Below the pieces are notes generated by a model. It saw only the letters and a list, made by a program, of their open reading frames with translations, searched no databases and was not told where the DNA came from. The translations under genes were made by a program, and so were the position numbers. A stretch of DNA of 64,000 nucleotides from Bacteroidales bacterium (lineage in GTDB: Bacteria > Bacteroidota > Bacteroidia > Bacteroidales > UBA12077). Shown here piece by piece: positions 1-9,314 of this stretch (the stretch's first letter is position 1; the number at the start of each line of letters is the position of its first letter). The stretch spans positions 32,001 to 96,000 of the forward strand of contig JANQHR010000052.1 in NCBI GenBank assembly GCA_028282585.1, in the 5' to 3' direction.

Positions 1-92
1 TTTTTATCTGAAGCACAACCTGTTATTATTCCGAAGGCAATAATAACTGCTAAAAAATATAAAGCTCTACGATGTAATAATTTAATATTCAT
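1..92 (-). CDS. N-terminus of a putative lipoprotein (runs off window start)
   Basis: ATG at 92 on the minus strand reads MNIKLLHRRALYFLAVIIAFGIITGCASDK: basic n-region, hydrophobic stretch, lipobox ITGC. Confidence 0.7.
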   Translation of the reverse strand, partial: MNIKLLHRRALYFLAVIIAFGIITGCASDK

Positions 93-360
93 AATTAGCT
101 GTCTATTAATTGTTACCAGTATATCACAATTTGTAGTAAAATTAACACTTTTTTTTAAAAAACAAAATTTCGATTTCACGCTAATACCTGAAACTACAAG
201 ATTTTGTACGATTAACTTTCCTATTTTGTTTTAAAAAACCGAGTATTTTTCAGAACTAATATAGAAAATAATAATTTTAATAACCAATAATTAAGCAGAA
301 TTATTCTAATTTTGTTTCGGTTAATTATGCACTGGAAATAAGTATAAATCATTTTAAATA

Positions 361-873
361 ATGAATAATAAGGAAGTTATAAAGCATCTAAAATCAGGAA
401 ATCAATCGCTGATTTTAGAAACTTTAAGGTATATCGAAACAGAAGGAAATAAAGAAATATTAGCCGAAGTTATAAATCTTTTGCAACAAACTACCGATAC
501 TATAATTCGGGATGAGATCGTAAAAATTCTTGAAAATTTAAACAACCAGGATTGCGTAACCGTACTAACCCAATCTCTTTTAAATGCTGATTATAAAGAT
601 ATTATATCTCTACTTGTTTCCGCTTGTTGGAAAAACGGACTGGATTACAGCGAATCGGTTGAAGTATTTACGGATATATTTATTAAGTCTGATTTTCAGC
701 TTGCATTTGATGCTTTTACCGTTATTGATAATTTGGAAGAAATTGACAGCATTATTGCAGAAGCTTGTATTTTTAGGTTAAAGAATGCAATTGAGGATAT
801 TCAGGATGATAAAAAGCCTTTATATTTTGAGCTTTTAAAAATAATTGAAGAAAAAAAAGAAAATCCCGCTTAA
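361..873 (+). CDS. HEAT-repeat-like hypothetical protein
   Basis: 170-aa all-helical ORF with LxxLLxxxDxxIRxxIxxIL pattern. Confidence 0.65.
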   Translation: MNNKEVIKHLKSGNQSLILETLRYIETEGNKEILAEVINLLQQTTDTIIRDEIVKILENLNNQDCVTVLTQSLLNADYKDIISLLVSACWKNGLDYSESVEVFTDIFIKSDFQLAFDAFTVIDNLEEIDSIIAEACIFRLKNAIEDIQDDKKPLYFELLKIIEEKKENPA

Positions 874-883
874 GCGGGATTTT
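860..883. terminator. Bidirectional intrinsic terminator between convergent genes
   Basis: Perfect palindrome aaaatcccgcttaagcgggatttt with A/T tails. Confidence 0.8.
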
Positions 884-885
884 TA

Positions 886-1854
886 TTATTGGACACTGGA
901 GAAATATTTCATGAATTGCGATCTCTCGTAAACTAAAGGATCATCTATTTTTGAATAACTCATTTTTCCTTTAAACTCATAGATATTTTCAAATCCTTGT
1001 TTATTCATCCATTCTTCAACTTCTTTTAATATTTTTTCAATTTGATCTATTCCATTCTTGTATAATGTTGAACAAACCTGAACAGCATTTGCACCGGCTA
1101 ATATTTGTTTAACAACCGCTTTACCGTCATGAACTCCCGTTGATGCTGCAATGTCTAAATTTGCTATTTTAGAAGAAATTATTCCAACCCAACGAAGCGA
1201 ATTTCTTATATCTGCTGGCGAACTAAAAACTTCGGCTGATGTGAATTTTAAATTATCTATGTCAATATCGGAAGCATAAAATCTATTAAATAAAACTACT
1301 CCAGGAACATTTAATTTTTGTATAAAACCCACAAGGTTTGAAAAGTGCGAGCCTAATTTGAATGCATAAGGAATCTTGATTGTACTTTTTAATTTTGCTG
1401 CCAAATCAAAATAGATATTTTCATATTGCTCAGCGCTTGCATTTCTATCATTTGGTAATACAAAAACATTAATTTCTATAGCATCCGCACCAGCTTCTTC
1501 AATACTCTTTGCAAATCCTACCCACTCTTTTGCTGAAACACAATTTATACTTGCTATAATAGGAATTTTAACCTCGCTTTTAGCTTGCTTAATTAATTCA
1601 AGGTATTCCTGAATCGTATTTTGCTTTACATAATGATTAACATAGTCCCACGCCTCAGGTGAATCTGATCCGTTTGCTATATTTCCGGCCTCATATCTAA
1701 TTTGTTCTTCGAAAATTGATTTCAGTACTATTGCACCAGCGCCTTTTTCTTCAATTTTCTTAATTTTTTCGACAGAACTTGTTAAACCTGAACTAGCTAC
1801 AATCAGAGGATTTTTAAGCTTTATCCCCAAATAAGTAGTTTCTAATTGACTCAT
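886..1854 (-). CDS. Dihydroorotate dehydrogenase-like FMN protein
   Basis: LKNPLIVASS, GAGAIVLKS, PIIASIN, GADAIEIN, ASTGVH...GANAVQV motifs. Confidence 0.85.
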   Translation of the reverse strand: MSQLETTYLGIKLKNPLIVASSGLTSSVEKIKKIEEKGAGAIVLKSIFEEQIRYEAGNIANGSDSPEAWDYVNHYVKQNTIQEYLELIKQAKSEVKIPIIASINCVSAKEWVGFAKSIEEAGADAIEINVFVLPNDRNASAEQYENIYFDLAAKLKSTIKIPYAFKLGSHFSNLVGFIQKLNVPGVVLFNRFYASDIDIDNLKFTSAEVFSSPADIRNSLRWVGIISSKIANLDIAASTGVHDGKAVVKQILAGANAVQVCSTLYKNGIDQIEKILKEVEEWMNKQGFENIYEFKGKMSYSKIDDPLVYERSQFMKYFSSVQ

Positions 1855-1882
1855 AATGTTTATATATTTAATTGTTTATTTT

Positions 1883-2554
1883 TTAATAATTACGTGCTCC
1901 AAATAGCAAACTTCCAATCCTAACCATTGTTGCTCCTTCTTCTATTGCTATTTTATAATCTCCAGACATTCCCATAGAGATTTCCTTAAAACTTTCTTTT
2001 TTTACAAAAATTGTATTTTTTAACTCATTAAAGATATGAACTAATTCTTTAAATTCAGCACGAATAGTATCCTCATTTTCTGTAAAAGTAGCCATACCCA
2101 TTACTCCACAAATATTTACATACTCCAAACTTCTGAATTCTTCTGTATCCAGAAACTTAATTACTTCTATTAAGTCTAAACCAAACTTTGTTTCTTCCTT
2201 AGCAATATGAAATTGTAATAAACAATCTATTTTCCTATTATTCTTCTCTCCTTCCTTATTTATTACTTTCAATAGTTTAAAACTATCAACTCCATGAATT
2301 AAAGCAACAAACGGTGCTATGTATTTCACTTTATTGCTTTGCATATGGCCAATCATATGCCATTCAATGTCTTTTGGCAACTGCTCATATTTTGAAGCTA
2401 GATCCTGTACTTTATTTTCACCAAATATCTTATGACCAGATTGATATGCCTCAAGAATAGTTTCGACCGGCTTAGTTTTTGAAACTGCAATTAATTTTAC
2501 ATTTTCTGGAATTTCTGTTTTTAAGAATTGCTTTATGTTGTCGGAAACACCCAT
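1883..2554 (-). CDS. yggS: YggS family PLP homeostasis protein
   Basis: LIAVSKTKP, FGENKVQ, WHMIGHMQSNK, SMGMSGDY...GATMVRIGS. Confidence 0.95.
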   Translation of the reverse strand: MGVSDNIKQFLKTEIPENVKLIAVSKTKPVETILEAYQSGHKIFGENKVQDLASKYEQLPKDIEWHMIGHMQSNKVKYIAPFVALIHGVDSFKLLKVINKEGEKNNRKIDCLLQFHIAKEETKFGLDLIEVIKFLDTEEFRSLEYVNICGVMGMATFTENEDTIRAEFKELVHIFNELKNTIFVKKESFKEISMGMSGDYKIAIEEGATMVRIGSLLFGARNY

Positions 2555-2643
2555 TAATTAACCATATTTAACTTAATGAGCCTCAAAAGTAATAAAAAAG
2601 TAGTTGTCTTAAAAAGATAATTATCAGGTTTGTTTAATATAAA

Positions 2644-2668
2644 AAAGAGGGATAATTAATCCCTCTTT
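2644..2668 (-). terminator. Intrinsic terminator after the serC-serA-DUF1015 operon
   Basis: Stem aaagagggat/atccctcttt with A-run on the left (U-tail on minus strand). Confidence 0.7.
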
Positions 2669-2693
2669 CATATAGTTATAATCAACTGTTGAA

Positions 2694-3944
2694 TTAATCA
2701 AGTTTATGAATAACCAATCCACTTCTAAGTTTTGGTTCGAACCAAGTAGTTTTTGGTGGCATAATATTTCCAGTATCTGCAATATCAATTAATTGTTGTA
2801 ATGATGCTGGGTATAAAGCAAAAGCAACTTTCATATCGCCGCTATCTACACGTTTTTTTAGTTCACCTAAACCACGAATTCCACCAACAAAATCAATTCT
2901 CTTTGAAGTTCTTAAATCTGTAATGTTAAATAAAGGTTCAAGTACTTGTTTAGAAAGAATAGTTACATCTAATACGCCAATAGGATCTTTATCATTATAA
3001 GTTCCTTCTTTAGCTGTTAATTTATACCAGTCTCCAGCAAGATACATACTGAATTCATGCAATTTAGAAGGTTTATAAATTTCTGAGCCTATTTTTTCAA
3101 CTTCAAACGAATTAGTCAATTTTTCAACTAATTCTTCTTCAGATAAACCGTTAAGGTCCTTTACGACACGGTTGTAATCAATAATTTTTAACTGATTGTC
3201 GGGGAAATGAACGGCCATAAAGAAATTATATTCTTCATTGCCGTTATGATTAGGATTTTGCTCCTGTTTTTCAACACCGATTCTTGCAGCAGCAGCGGTT
3301 CTGTGATGTCCATCAGCAACGTATGTATAAGGAACTTTTGTTGCAAATAAGTCTTCTAATTTCTTATTCGTATCAGTATCATTTATTGCCCAAAAATGAT
3401 GTCCGAAACCATCCTCAGCAACGAAATCGTAATCTGCTTCTTGAGTTTTTACTATGTTCTCAACAATTGCATCAATCTCAGGGACAGCTTTATAAGAAAA
3501 GAACACCGGTTCGATATTCGCATTAGTATAACGAGTTAAAACCATCCTATCATCTTCTTTTTCCGGACGAGTTAACTCATGCTTTTTGATAATTCCGTTA
3601 TGATAATCTGCGCAAGCAGCAGCACCTACTATTCCATATTGAGTGCGACCATCCATCGTTTGAGCATAAATATAAAATTTTGCTTCTTCATCTTGCACTA
3701 ACCAGCCTTTTTCCTGGAATGCTTTGAAGTTCTCAACAGCTTTTTCATAAACAGTATCTGAATGAACATCTATCCCTGGCTCACAGTCAATTTCTGCTCT
3801 TGTAATATGTAATAACGAACAATCTTTGCCCTCAGCCATAATAGCAGCTTCTTCACTGTTCATTACATCGTATGGTAAAGATGCTAAATCTTTAGAAATT
3901 TCTTTTGGAGGCCTTAGGCCCTTAAATGGTTTTATTATTGCCAT
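2694..3944 (-). CDS. DUF1015 family protein (serine-operon associated)
   Basis: IKPFKGLRP, LPYDV, KKHELTR, YVADGHHR, MPPKTTWFEPKLRSGL; typical position after serC-serA. Confidence 0.9.
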   Translation of the reverse strand: MAIIKPFKGLRPPKEISKDLASLPYDVMNSEEAAIMAEGKDCSLLHITRAEIDCEPGIDVHSDTVYEKAVENFKAFQEKGWLVQDEEAKFYIYAQTMDGRTQYGIVGAAACADYHNGIIKKHELTRPEKEDDRMVLTRYTNANIEPVFFSYKAVPEIDAIVENIVKTQEADYDFVAEDGFGHHFWAINDTDTNKKLEDLFATKVPYTYVADGHHRTAAAARIGVEKQEQNPNHNGNEEYNFFMAVHFPDNQLKIIDYNRVVKDLNGLSEEELVEKLTNSFEVEKIGSEIYKPSKLHEFSMYLAGDWYKLTAKEGTYNDKDPIGVLDVTILSKQVLEPLFNITDLRTSKRIDFVGGIRGLGELKKRVDSGDMKVAFALYPASLQQLIDIADTGNIMPPKTTWFEPKLRSGLVIHKLD

Positions 3945-3953
3945 ATTTTAAAA

Positions 3954-4358
3954 GTATTTAGTTATTTGTTTTTAGTTATTTAATCCTTTTTGATATTGCT
4001 TTTGTTAATCCAGTCAACATTTTTGATATTTCAATTAAATCATTTCTCAATTGTGTATAAATTAGATCATTAATATAATCTCTTCTCTTGGCAATTTCAA
4101 TACATACTACACTTTCCTTTAGATTTGCTTTTGAAATATTTAATAAATTACTTTGGGCTGTCACAAGCTCTTTCCGCAATATTTAACACAACCGAAGTTG
4201 TTGACCTTAATTAACTGACTCGCTAAACTAAATTTCTCAATTTCTGGTAATTTTTCAGTTATCCTATAAATTTCATCGATTAAAACCAGAGATTTTTGAT
4301 ATGCCTCTAATTTTTTGAAATTAAATCCACTTGTTACTAACTACTAATAACCAGAAAC
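3954..4358. repeat. Inverted 7-bp tandem-repeat arms flanking the four-helix pseudogene
   Basis: 3954-3981 gtattta gttattt gttttta gttattt; 4331-4358 ttgttac taactac taataac cagaaac (reverse-complement motif). Confidence 0.65.
3976..4333 (-). pseudogene. Frameshifted four-helix-bundle (23S rRNA IVP-like) gene
   Basis: Three frames give GFNFKKLEAYQKSLVLIDEIYRITEKLPEIEKFSLASQL / LRSTTSVVLNIAE...stop / NISKANLKESVVCIEIAKRRDYI...EISKMLTGL; no in-frame ATG start. Confidence 0.8.
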
Positions 4359-5278
4359 TAATTTACTTTGAAAGTTTCATTTCCGTTTTCAATAAAATCA
4401 ACTATTTGATTAGCTGCTGCAACACCTGCATTTATATTAGCTTCTGCAGTTTGCGCTCCCATTTTCTTAGGAGTAAAGAAAAACCTTCCTTCATATTTCC
4501 CGGTGATTTCATCTTTACAATCAGGAGCTATATCAGAAACATACCTGAAGTCTTCCCTTTCTGAGAAAACCTTTAATAGTTCTTCTTCATTAATAACTTC
4601 TTTTCTTGCAGTATTAATTAAAGTGGCTCCTTTAGGCATTTTACTTATCAGATCAAACCCAACTGATTTTTTAGTTTTTTCATTTGAAGGAATATTTAAA
4701 GATAGATACTGGCAATTTGAATATAGTTCTTCAACTGAACTTACCGGAGTAACTCCATCTTTTTTAATATGTTCATCATTTACAAATGGATCAAAGGCAA
4801 ACACTTCCATTCCAAAGCCTTTTGCAATCTCTCCTACATATCTTCCAACATTTCCATATGCATGAATACCTATCTTTTTACCACGCAATTCAGTTCCTGC
4901 TTTTCCATTATAGTTTCCACGGGCGATCATAACAGCCATCCCAATTGCTAACTCCGCAACTGCATTTGAATTTTGTCCCGGAGTGTTCATAGCTACAATA
5001 TTAGCTTTAGTACAGGCATTCAAATCAAGATTATCATAACCAGCACCAGCTCTTACAACAATTTTTAGGTTTTTCGCTGCATCAATAACTTCTTTAGTTA
5101 CTTTGTCAGAACGAACAATTAAAGCATCAACATCTTCAACGGCTTTTAGGAAATCAGCGTTATCCGTATATTTTTCCAATAAGACCAATTCGTAATTCGC
5201 TTTATCTAAAACTTCCTTAATTTGAGCTACTGCTGCCGATGCAAAGGGTTTTTCGGTTGCAACAAGAACTTTTTTCAT
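4358..5278 (-). CDS. serA: D-3-phosphoglycerate dehydrogenase
   Basis: VRAGAGYDN, NTPGQNSNAVAE, LINTAR, GAQTAEA; adjacent to serC. Confidence 0.9.
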   Translation of the reverse strand: MKKVLVATEKPFASAAVAQIKEVLDKANYELVLLEKYTDNADFLKAVEDVDALIVRSDKVTKEVIDAAKNLKIVVRAGAGYDNLDLNACTKANIVAMNTPGQNSNAVAELAIGMAVMIARGNYNGKAGTELRGKKIGIHAYGNVGRYVGEIAKGFGMEVFAFDPFVNDEHIKKDGVTPVSSVEELYSNCQYLSLNIPSNEKTKKSVGFDLISKMPKGATLINTARKEVINEEELLKVFSEREDFRYVSDIAPDCKDEITGKYEGRFFFTPKKMGAQTAEANINAGVAAANQIVDFIENGNETFKVN

Positions 5279-5352
5279 TTTGTAATAATTTTAGGTTTTA
5301 TAAAAAAGACCCAAAGCTAAATACCTTGAGTCTAATATATTAAAATTTGTTA

Positions 5353-6423
5353 TTAAGCATTTTGAGCTTCAAAATCCTTCATTGCTTGAACCAATGCCTG
5401 AACGTCTTCCATTGTAGAAGCATTGTACGTAGAAGCACGGAAACCTCCAACAGAACGGTGACCTTTAATCCCAACACAATTTCTTTCAGCAGCAAATGCT
5501 ATAAAGTCAGCTTCCTTACCTTTATACTGCTCTTCAAAAATAAAAACTATGTTCATTCTTGAACGATCTTCTTTTGCAACAGGACAGGTAAACATTTTAC
5601 TTTCATCGATTGCACCATATAATAAATCCGCTCTATCTTTTGCCAATTTCTCCATAGCTTCAACTCCACCCATTGATTTTACCCACTTCAATGTTTCTCT
5701 TACTGCAAAAATATTGAATACAGGAGGCGTATTAAACATGGAACCTTTATCAACGTGAGTACTATACTTTAACATAGTAGGAACTGGACGTTCAGCGACC
5801 TTATCCAATAATTCATTTTTAATTATAACAAAAGTTACTCCGGCAGGCCCTAAGTTTTTTTGAGCACCACCATAGATCAAATCATATTTTGCTACGTTAA
5901 CAGGACGACTTAAGAAATCAGATGACATATCAGCAATTAAAGGAGCTTTTACATCTAAATCTTCAAATATCTCAGTACCGGCAATTGTATTATTTGTTGT
6001 AATATGAACGTAATCTACATCATCAGGAATATTAAATCCTTTTGGATAATATGTAAAGTTTTTATCTTCTGATGATACAACCTCAACTTCTCCAAATAAT
6101 TTAGCTTCTTTAATCGCTTTAGTAGACCATGTACCGGTGTTAACATAAAGTGCTTTTGATTTCATGAAATTATATGGTATCATAGCAAATTGTAAACTTG
6201 CTCCGCCACCTAAAAAAAGAACAGAATATCCTTCCGGAATACTTAACACTTCCTTCATTAACTCAACTGTTTCATCCATTACCGCCTGAAATTCTTTACT
6301 TCTGTGCGAAATTTCAATTAATGATTGACCGATTCCGTTTAATTCTAAAACTGCTTCAGCTGAATTTTTTAAAAGTGGATCTGATAATTTACATGGACCA
6401 GCATTAAATATGTGCTTCCTCAT
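5353..6423 (-). CDS. serC: Phosphoserine aminotransferase
   Basis: [51 protein letters not shown]. Confidence 0.97.
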   Translation of the reverse strand: MRKHIFNAGPCKLSDPLLKNSAEAVLELNGIGQSLIEISHRSKEFQAVMDETVELMKEVLSIPEGYSVLFLGGGASLQFAMIPYNFMKSKALYVNTGTWSTKAIKEAKLFGEVEVVSSEDKNFTYYPKGFNIPDDVDYVHITTNNTIAGTEIFEDLDVKAPLIADMSSDFLSRPVNVAKYDLIYGGAQKNLGPAGVTFVIIKNELLDKVAERPVPTMLKYSTHVDKGSMFNTPPVFNIFAVRETLKWVKSMGGVEAMEKLAKDRADLLYGAIDESKMFTCPVAKEDRSRMNIVFIFEEQYKGKEADFIAFAAERNCVGIKGHRSVGGFRASTYNASTMEDVQALVQAMKDFEAQNA

Positions 6424-6578
6424 AATGTATTGTTTTTTAATTTATTAACTATAATTAATTTGAGACTGCAAGATGCAAATAAATTTTAATATAAAGTGAT
6501 AAAATTTTATGATGTTCAACATTTTTCTTTAAAGAAAAACGGATCATAAAATTAAGAATAAACCATTGAATAAAAAAC

Positions 6579-7307
6579 TCAATTTGAAGCTATTTTCTTA
6601 AGATCAACTATATAACCTTCTTTGAGTATTGGCAAAGCTTCTGAAAGGTCAAACCGGAAACAGTAAGCTACAATTTCTTTAAATCCAAACCGGATCAATC
6701 TTTTATATTGAAAAAGTTTTTTAATGTATTCCTCCAAATTTTTATTTGCTTCTTTCCATAAATCCAAAGCGGATTGAACCTGATCGGAATTAAATGAGAA
6801 TTTTCTGGAGCTTATTAATTTCTCAGAAAGAGCACCTGCAAAAAGAAAATCTTCTGCACAATAATCTTGCATCCAACCTGAACAGAGAATTAAAACATTT
6901 GTTTTCCGATTAACTAAATAGTTAACAACAGTGCTTAAATTTAGAAACGAGGCTATTATTACTTGATCGGCACTTTTGACTAAATTAATGGTATTTGTAC
7001 CATTTGTTGTACTATATACCAAAGTTTTATCCTTTATTTTATCTGAAGTAAACTCAAATGGAGAATTTCCAAAATCGGCAAAATTAACTTTTTTACCATT
7101 TCTTTCGGCAGCAACTAAAAATCCTTGTTTCTTATAACTCTCAGCTTCCTCAAGTGACTTTACAGGAATTAGTTTTGCTAATCCATTTTCAAATAAAGTA
7201 GTTATTATTGTAGTAGCACGAAGTATATCAACAATAACTATAATTTTATTATCTAGTCTATAATTATCAATAAGTTTTGGAGCTAAGCAGATTTCTACGT
7301 TATTCAT
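6579..7307 (-). CDS. comB: 2-phosphosulfolactate phosphatase family protein
   Basis: VDILRATT, AAERNG, GNSPFE, STTNGT, ED..FAG motifs. Confidence 0.88.
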   Translation of the reverse strand: MNNVEICLAPKLIDNYRLDNKIIVIVDILRATTIITTLFENGLAKLIPVKSLEEAESYKKQGFLVAAERNGKKVNFADFGNSPFEFTSDKIKDKTLVYSTTNGTNTINLVKSADQVIIASFLNLSTVVNYLVNRKTNVLILCSGWMQDYCAEDFLFAGALSEKLISSRKFSFNSDQVQSALDLWKEANKNLEEYIKKLFQYKRLIRFGFKEIVAYCFRFDLSEALPILKEGYIVDLKKIASN

Positions 7308-7313
7308 AAAGTA

Positions 7314-7988
7314 TCAATATTCAACTTCCTGAGGAACTTCGTTTGCAGCATTAACAAATATTCTAATATCATTTAATCCGATATGTCCCTTATAAATTCC
7401 TTTTTCCTTATTTATTTTATTAATTCTCTTATGTAAATTAACAGGATCAGCCTCAGATGCCTTTTCAACAGTATCAAATCCTAAATCATATAACATCCTG
7501 GCAAAATTTACACCTACCCATTTAATTCTTGATAGATCTGTTAACTTGGTTAGCTCCAATATTTCTTCTTCGCTTATGCCAGTTTCTTCTGAAAGCTCCT
7601 TTCTATTAATTTTTGTGATAATTCTATCGTATAACTTTTGTGTATTTTTAATTCCAATCTCCTCTAATTTTGATACTGTTTCTTCTGAAATATCCGGAAA
7701 CTCATTTATTTTATTTGGTTTAGGTAAAATACTATTTAACTCTCTTAGCAATATTTTTAAGTAATCAACTGATAAACAATCAACTTTTGAAAACTCCTCG
7801 AGCTTTTCTTTTTTCTTAAGAGTTTGGATTAACTCCTTTACGTTAGTGAGACCCATATTCTTAAAATGATCTAATCTTTCGTCCAGTTTTTCCTTAAGAA
7901 TCATTCGACTGGGTGGTAAATATCCTGAGTCCAATTTCTCTTTATACTGATCAATTGTAATTGACTCTAAATCTATGTAATATCCCAT
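7314..7988 (-). CDS. DUF4332-like helix-hairpin-helix protein
   Basis: DLSRIKWVGVNFARMLYDLGFDTV HhH-like motif; ATG 7988 preferred over the ORF-track start 8012. Confidence 0.7.
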   Translation of the reverse strand: MGYYIDLESITIDQYKEKLDSGYLPPSRMILKEKLDERLDHFKNMGLTNVKELIQTLKKKEKLEEFSKVDCLSVDYLKILLRELNSILPKPNKINEFPDISEETVSKLEEIGIKNTQKLYDRIITKINRKELSEETGISEEEILELTKLTDLSRIKWVGVNFARMLYDLGFDTVEKASEADPVNLHKRINKINKEKGIYKGHIGLNDIRIFVNAANEVPQEVEY

Positions 7989-8027
7989 AACCTGAATTTT
8001 AAAATTACTCAAGCAAATCTACAAAAA

Positions 8028-8049
8028 AACCCTACAGATTTGTAGGGTT
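8028..8049 (-). terminator. Intrinsic terminator after gcvT
   Basis: aaccctaca-gatt-tgtagggtt stem with A-run to the left. Confidence 0.65.
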
Positions 8050-8066
8050 ATATGTGTTTTAATCAA

Positions 8067-9173
8067 TTATTTGCTCTCATGAAAAGGAGGACGAGCAACA
8101 ACAGCTTTAAGTTTTTTGTTACGAACTTCAATAAATATTTCGGTTCCTGCTTTCCAGAATCCTTTATTTAAATAAGCCATTCCAACGCCTTTTTTAATCA
8201 TTGGCGACATGGTGCCCGAAGTTACTTCACCAATCTCATTTCCGTCAGCATCAACGACTTTATAATGCTGTCGTGGAATTCCACGATCTTCCATGATAAA
8301 TCCTTTTAATCGTGGAGAAACACCTTCTTCCTTTTGTTTTTCCCACTTTTCTCGATCGATAAAATCATTTCCCTCAACAAATTTGGTTATCCAACCTAAT
8401 CCCGCCTGAATTGATGAAGTATTATCATCAATATCATTTCCATACAAACAAAATCCGGATTCTAACCTTAAAGTATCACGAGCTCCTAATCCAATTGGTT
8501 TAATTCCAAACTCCTCTCCTGCTTCAAAAACAGCTTTCCACAACTTTTCAGCATCTTCATTTGCAACATATATCTCGCAACCACCAGAACCTGTATAGCC
8601 AGTTGTTGAAAAAATTACCTCCTTAATTCCTGCAAATTCGCACTTTTGGAAAGTATAATATTCCATGTCAACAACATTAGCAGACGTTAATTTTTGCATT
8701 GCTTTTAATGTTAAAGGCCCTTGAATTGCCAACTGAGCAATTTCATCAGATGCATTATAAACTTCTTTACCAATCTCCATTCTCATTTCTTGAGCATTTT
8801 TTGTTACCCATGTCCAATCTTTATCAATATTAGCAGCATTAACAACTAGCAAGTACGTTTCGTCATCAATTTTATAAACCAATAAATCATCTACAATACC
8901 TCCTTTTCCATTAGGAAAACAAGAGTATTGAACTTTTCCATTATATAAATCAGTAACATTGTTCGAGGTGATTTTCTGGACTAAATCAAAAGCTTTAGGG
9001 CCTTTAACCCAAAACTCACCCATATGTGAAACATCAAATACTCCAAGTTTCTCACGAACAGTTACATGTTCGTCATTAATTCCAGAATATTCTATTGGCA
9101 TATTATAACCGGCAAATGGAAGCATTTTTGCTCCCAATTCAATATGAAATTGTGTAAAAGCAGTATTTTTCAT
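8067..9173 (-). CDS. gcvT: Glycine cleavage system aminomethyltransferase T
   Basis: [46 protein letters not shown]. Confidence 0.97.
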   Translation of the reverse strand: MKNTAFTQFHIELGAKMLPFAGYNMPIEYSGINDEHVTVREKLGVFDVSHMGEFWVKGPKAFDLVQKITSNNVTDLYNGKVQYSCFPNGKGGIVDDLLVYKIDDETYLLVVNAANIDKDWTWVTKNAQEMRMEIGKEVYNASDEIAQLAIQGPLTLKAMQKLTSANVVDMEYYTFQKCEFAGIKEVIFSTTGYTGSGGCEIYVANEDAEKLWKAVFEAGEEFGIKPIGLGARDTLRLESGFCLYGNDIDDNTSSIQAGLGWITKFVEGNDFIDREKWEKQKEEGVSPRLKGFIMEDRGIPRQHYKVVDADGNEIGEVTSGTMSPMIKKGVGMAYLNKGFWKAGTEIFIEVRNKKLKAVVARPPFHESK

Positions 9174-9314
9174 TATACATTATTTTGAGTTTATTTTATC
9201 GTGGTACAAAGCTATAAAATTTTAGTCATAATTATTATGTTTTTAGTACATAACAAAAGAGATAAAAAAAGGATGATCATAAGACCATCCTCTAAACTAA
9301 TTGTTCATATTTTA

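Noticed and set aside
7314-7988. DUF4332-like gene between gcvT and comB as another repeat-armed cassette
   Set aside because: No periodic inverted arms in its flanks; only an ordinary terminator and promoter-like word upstream.
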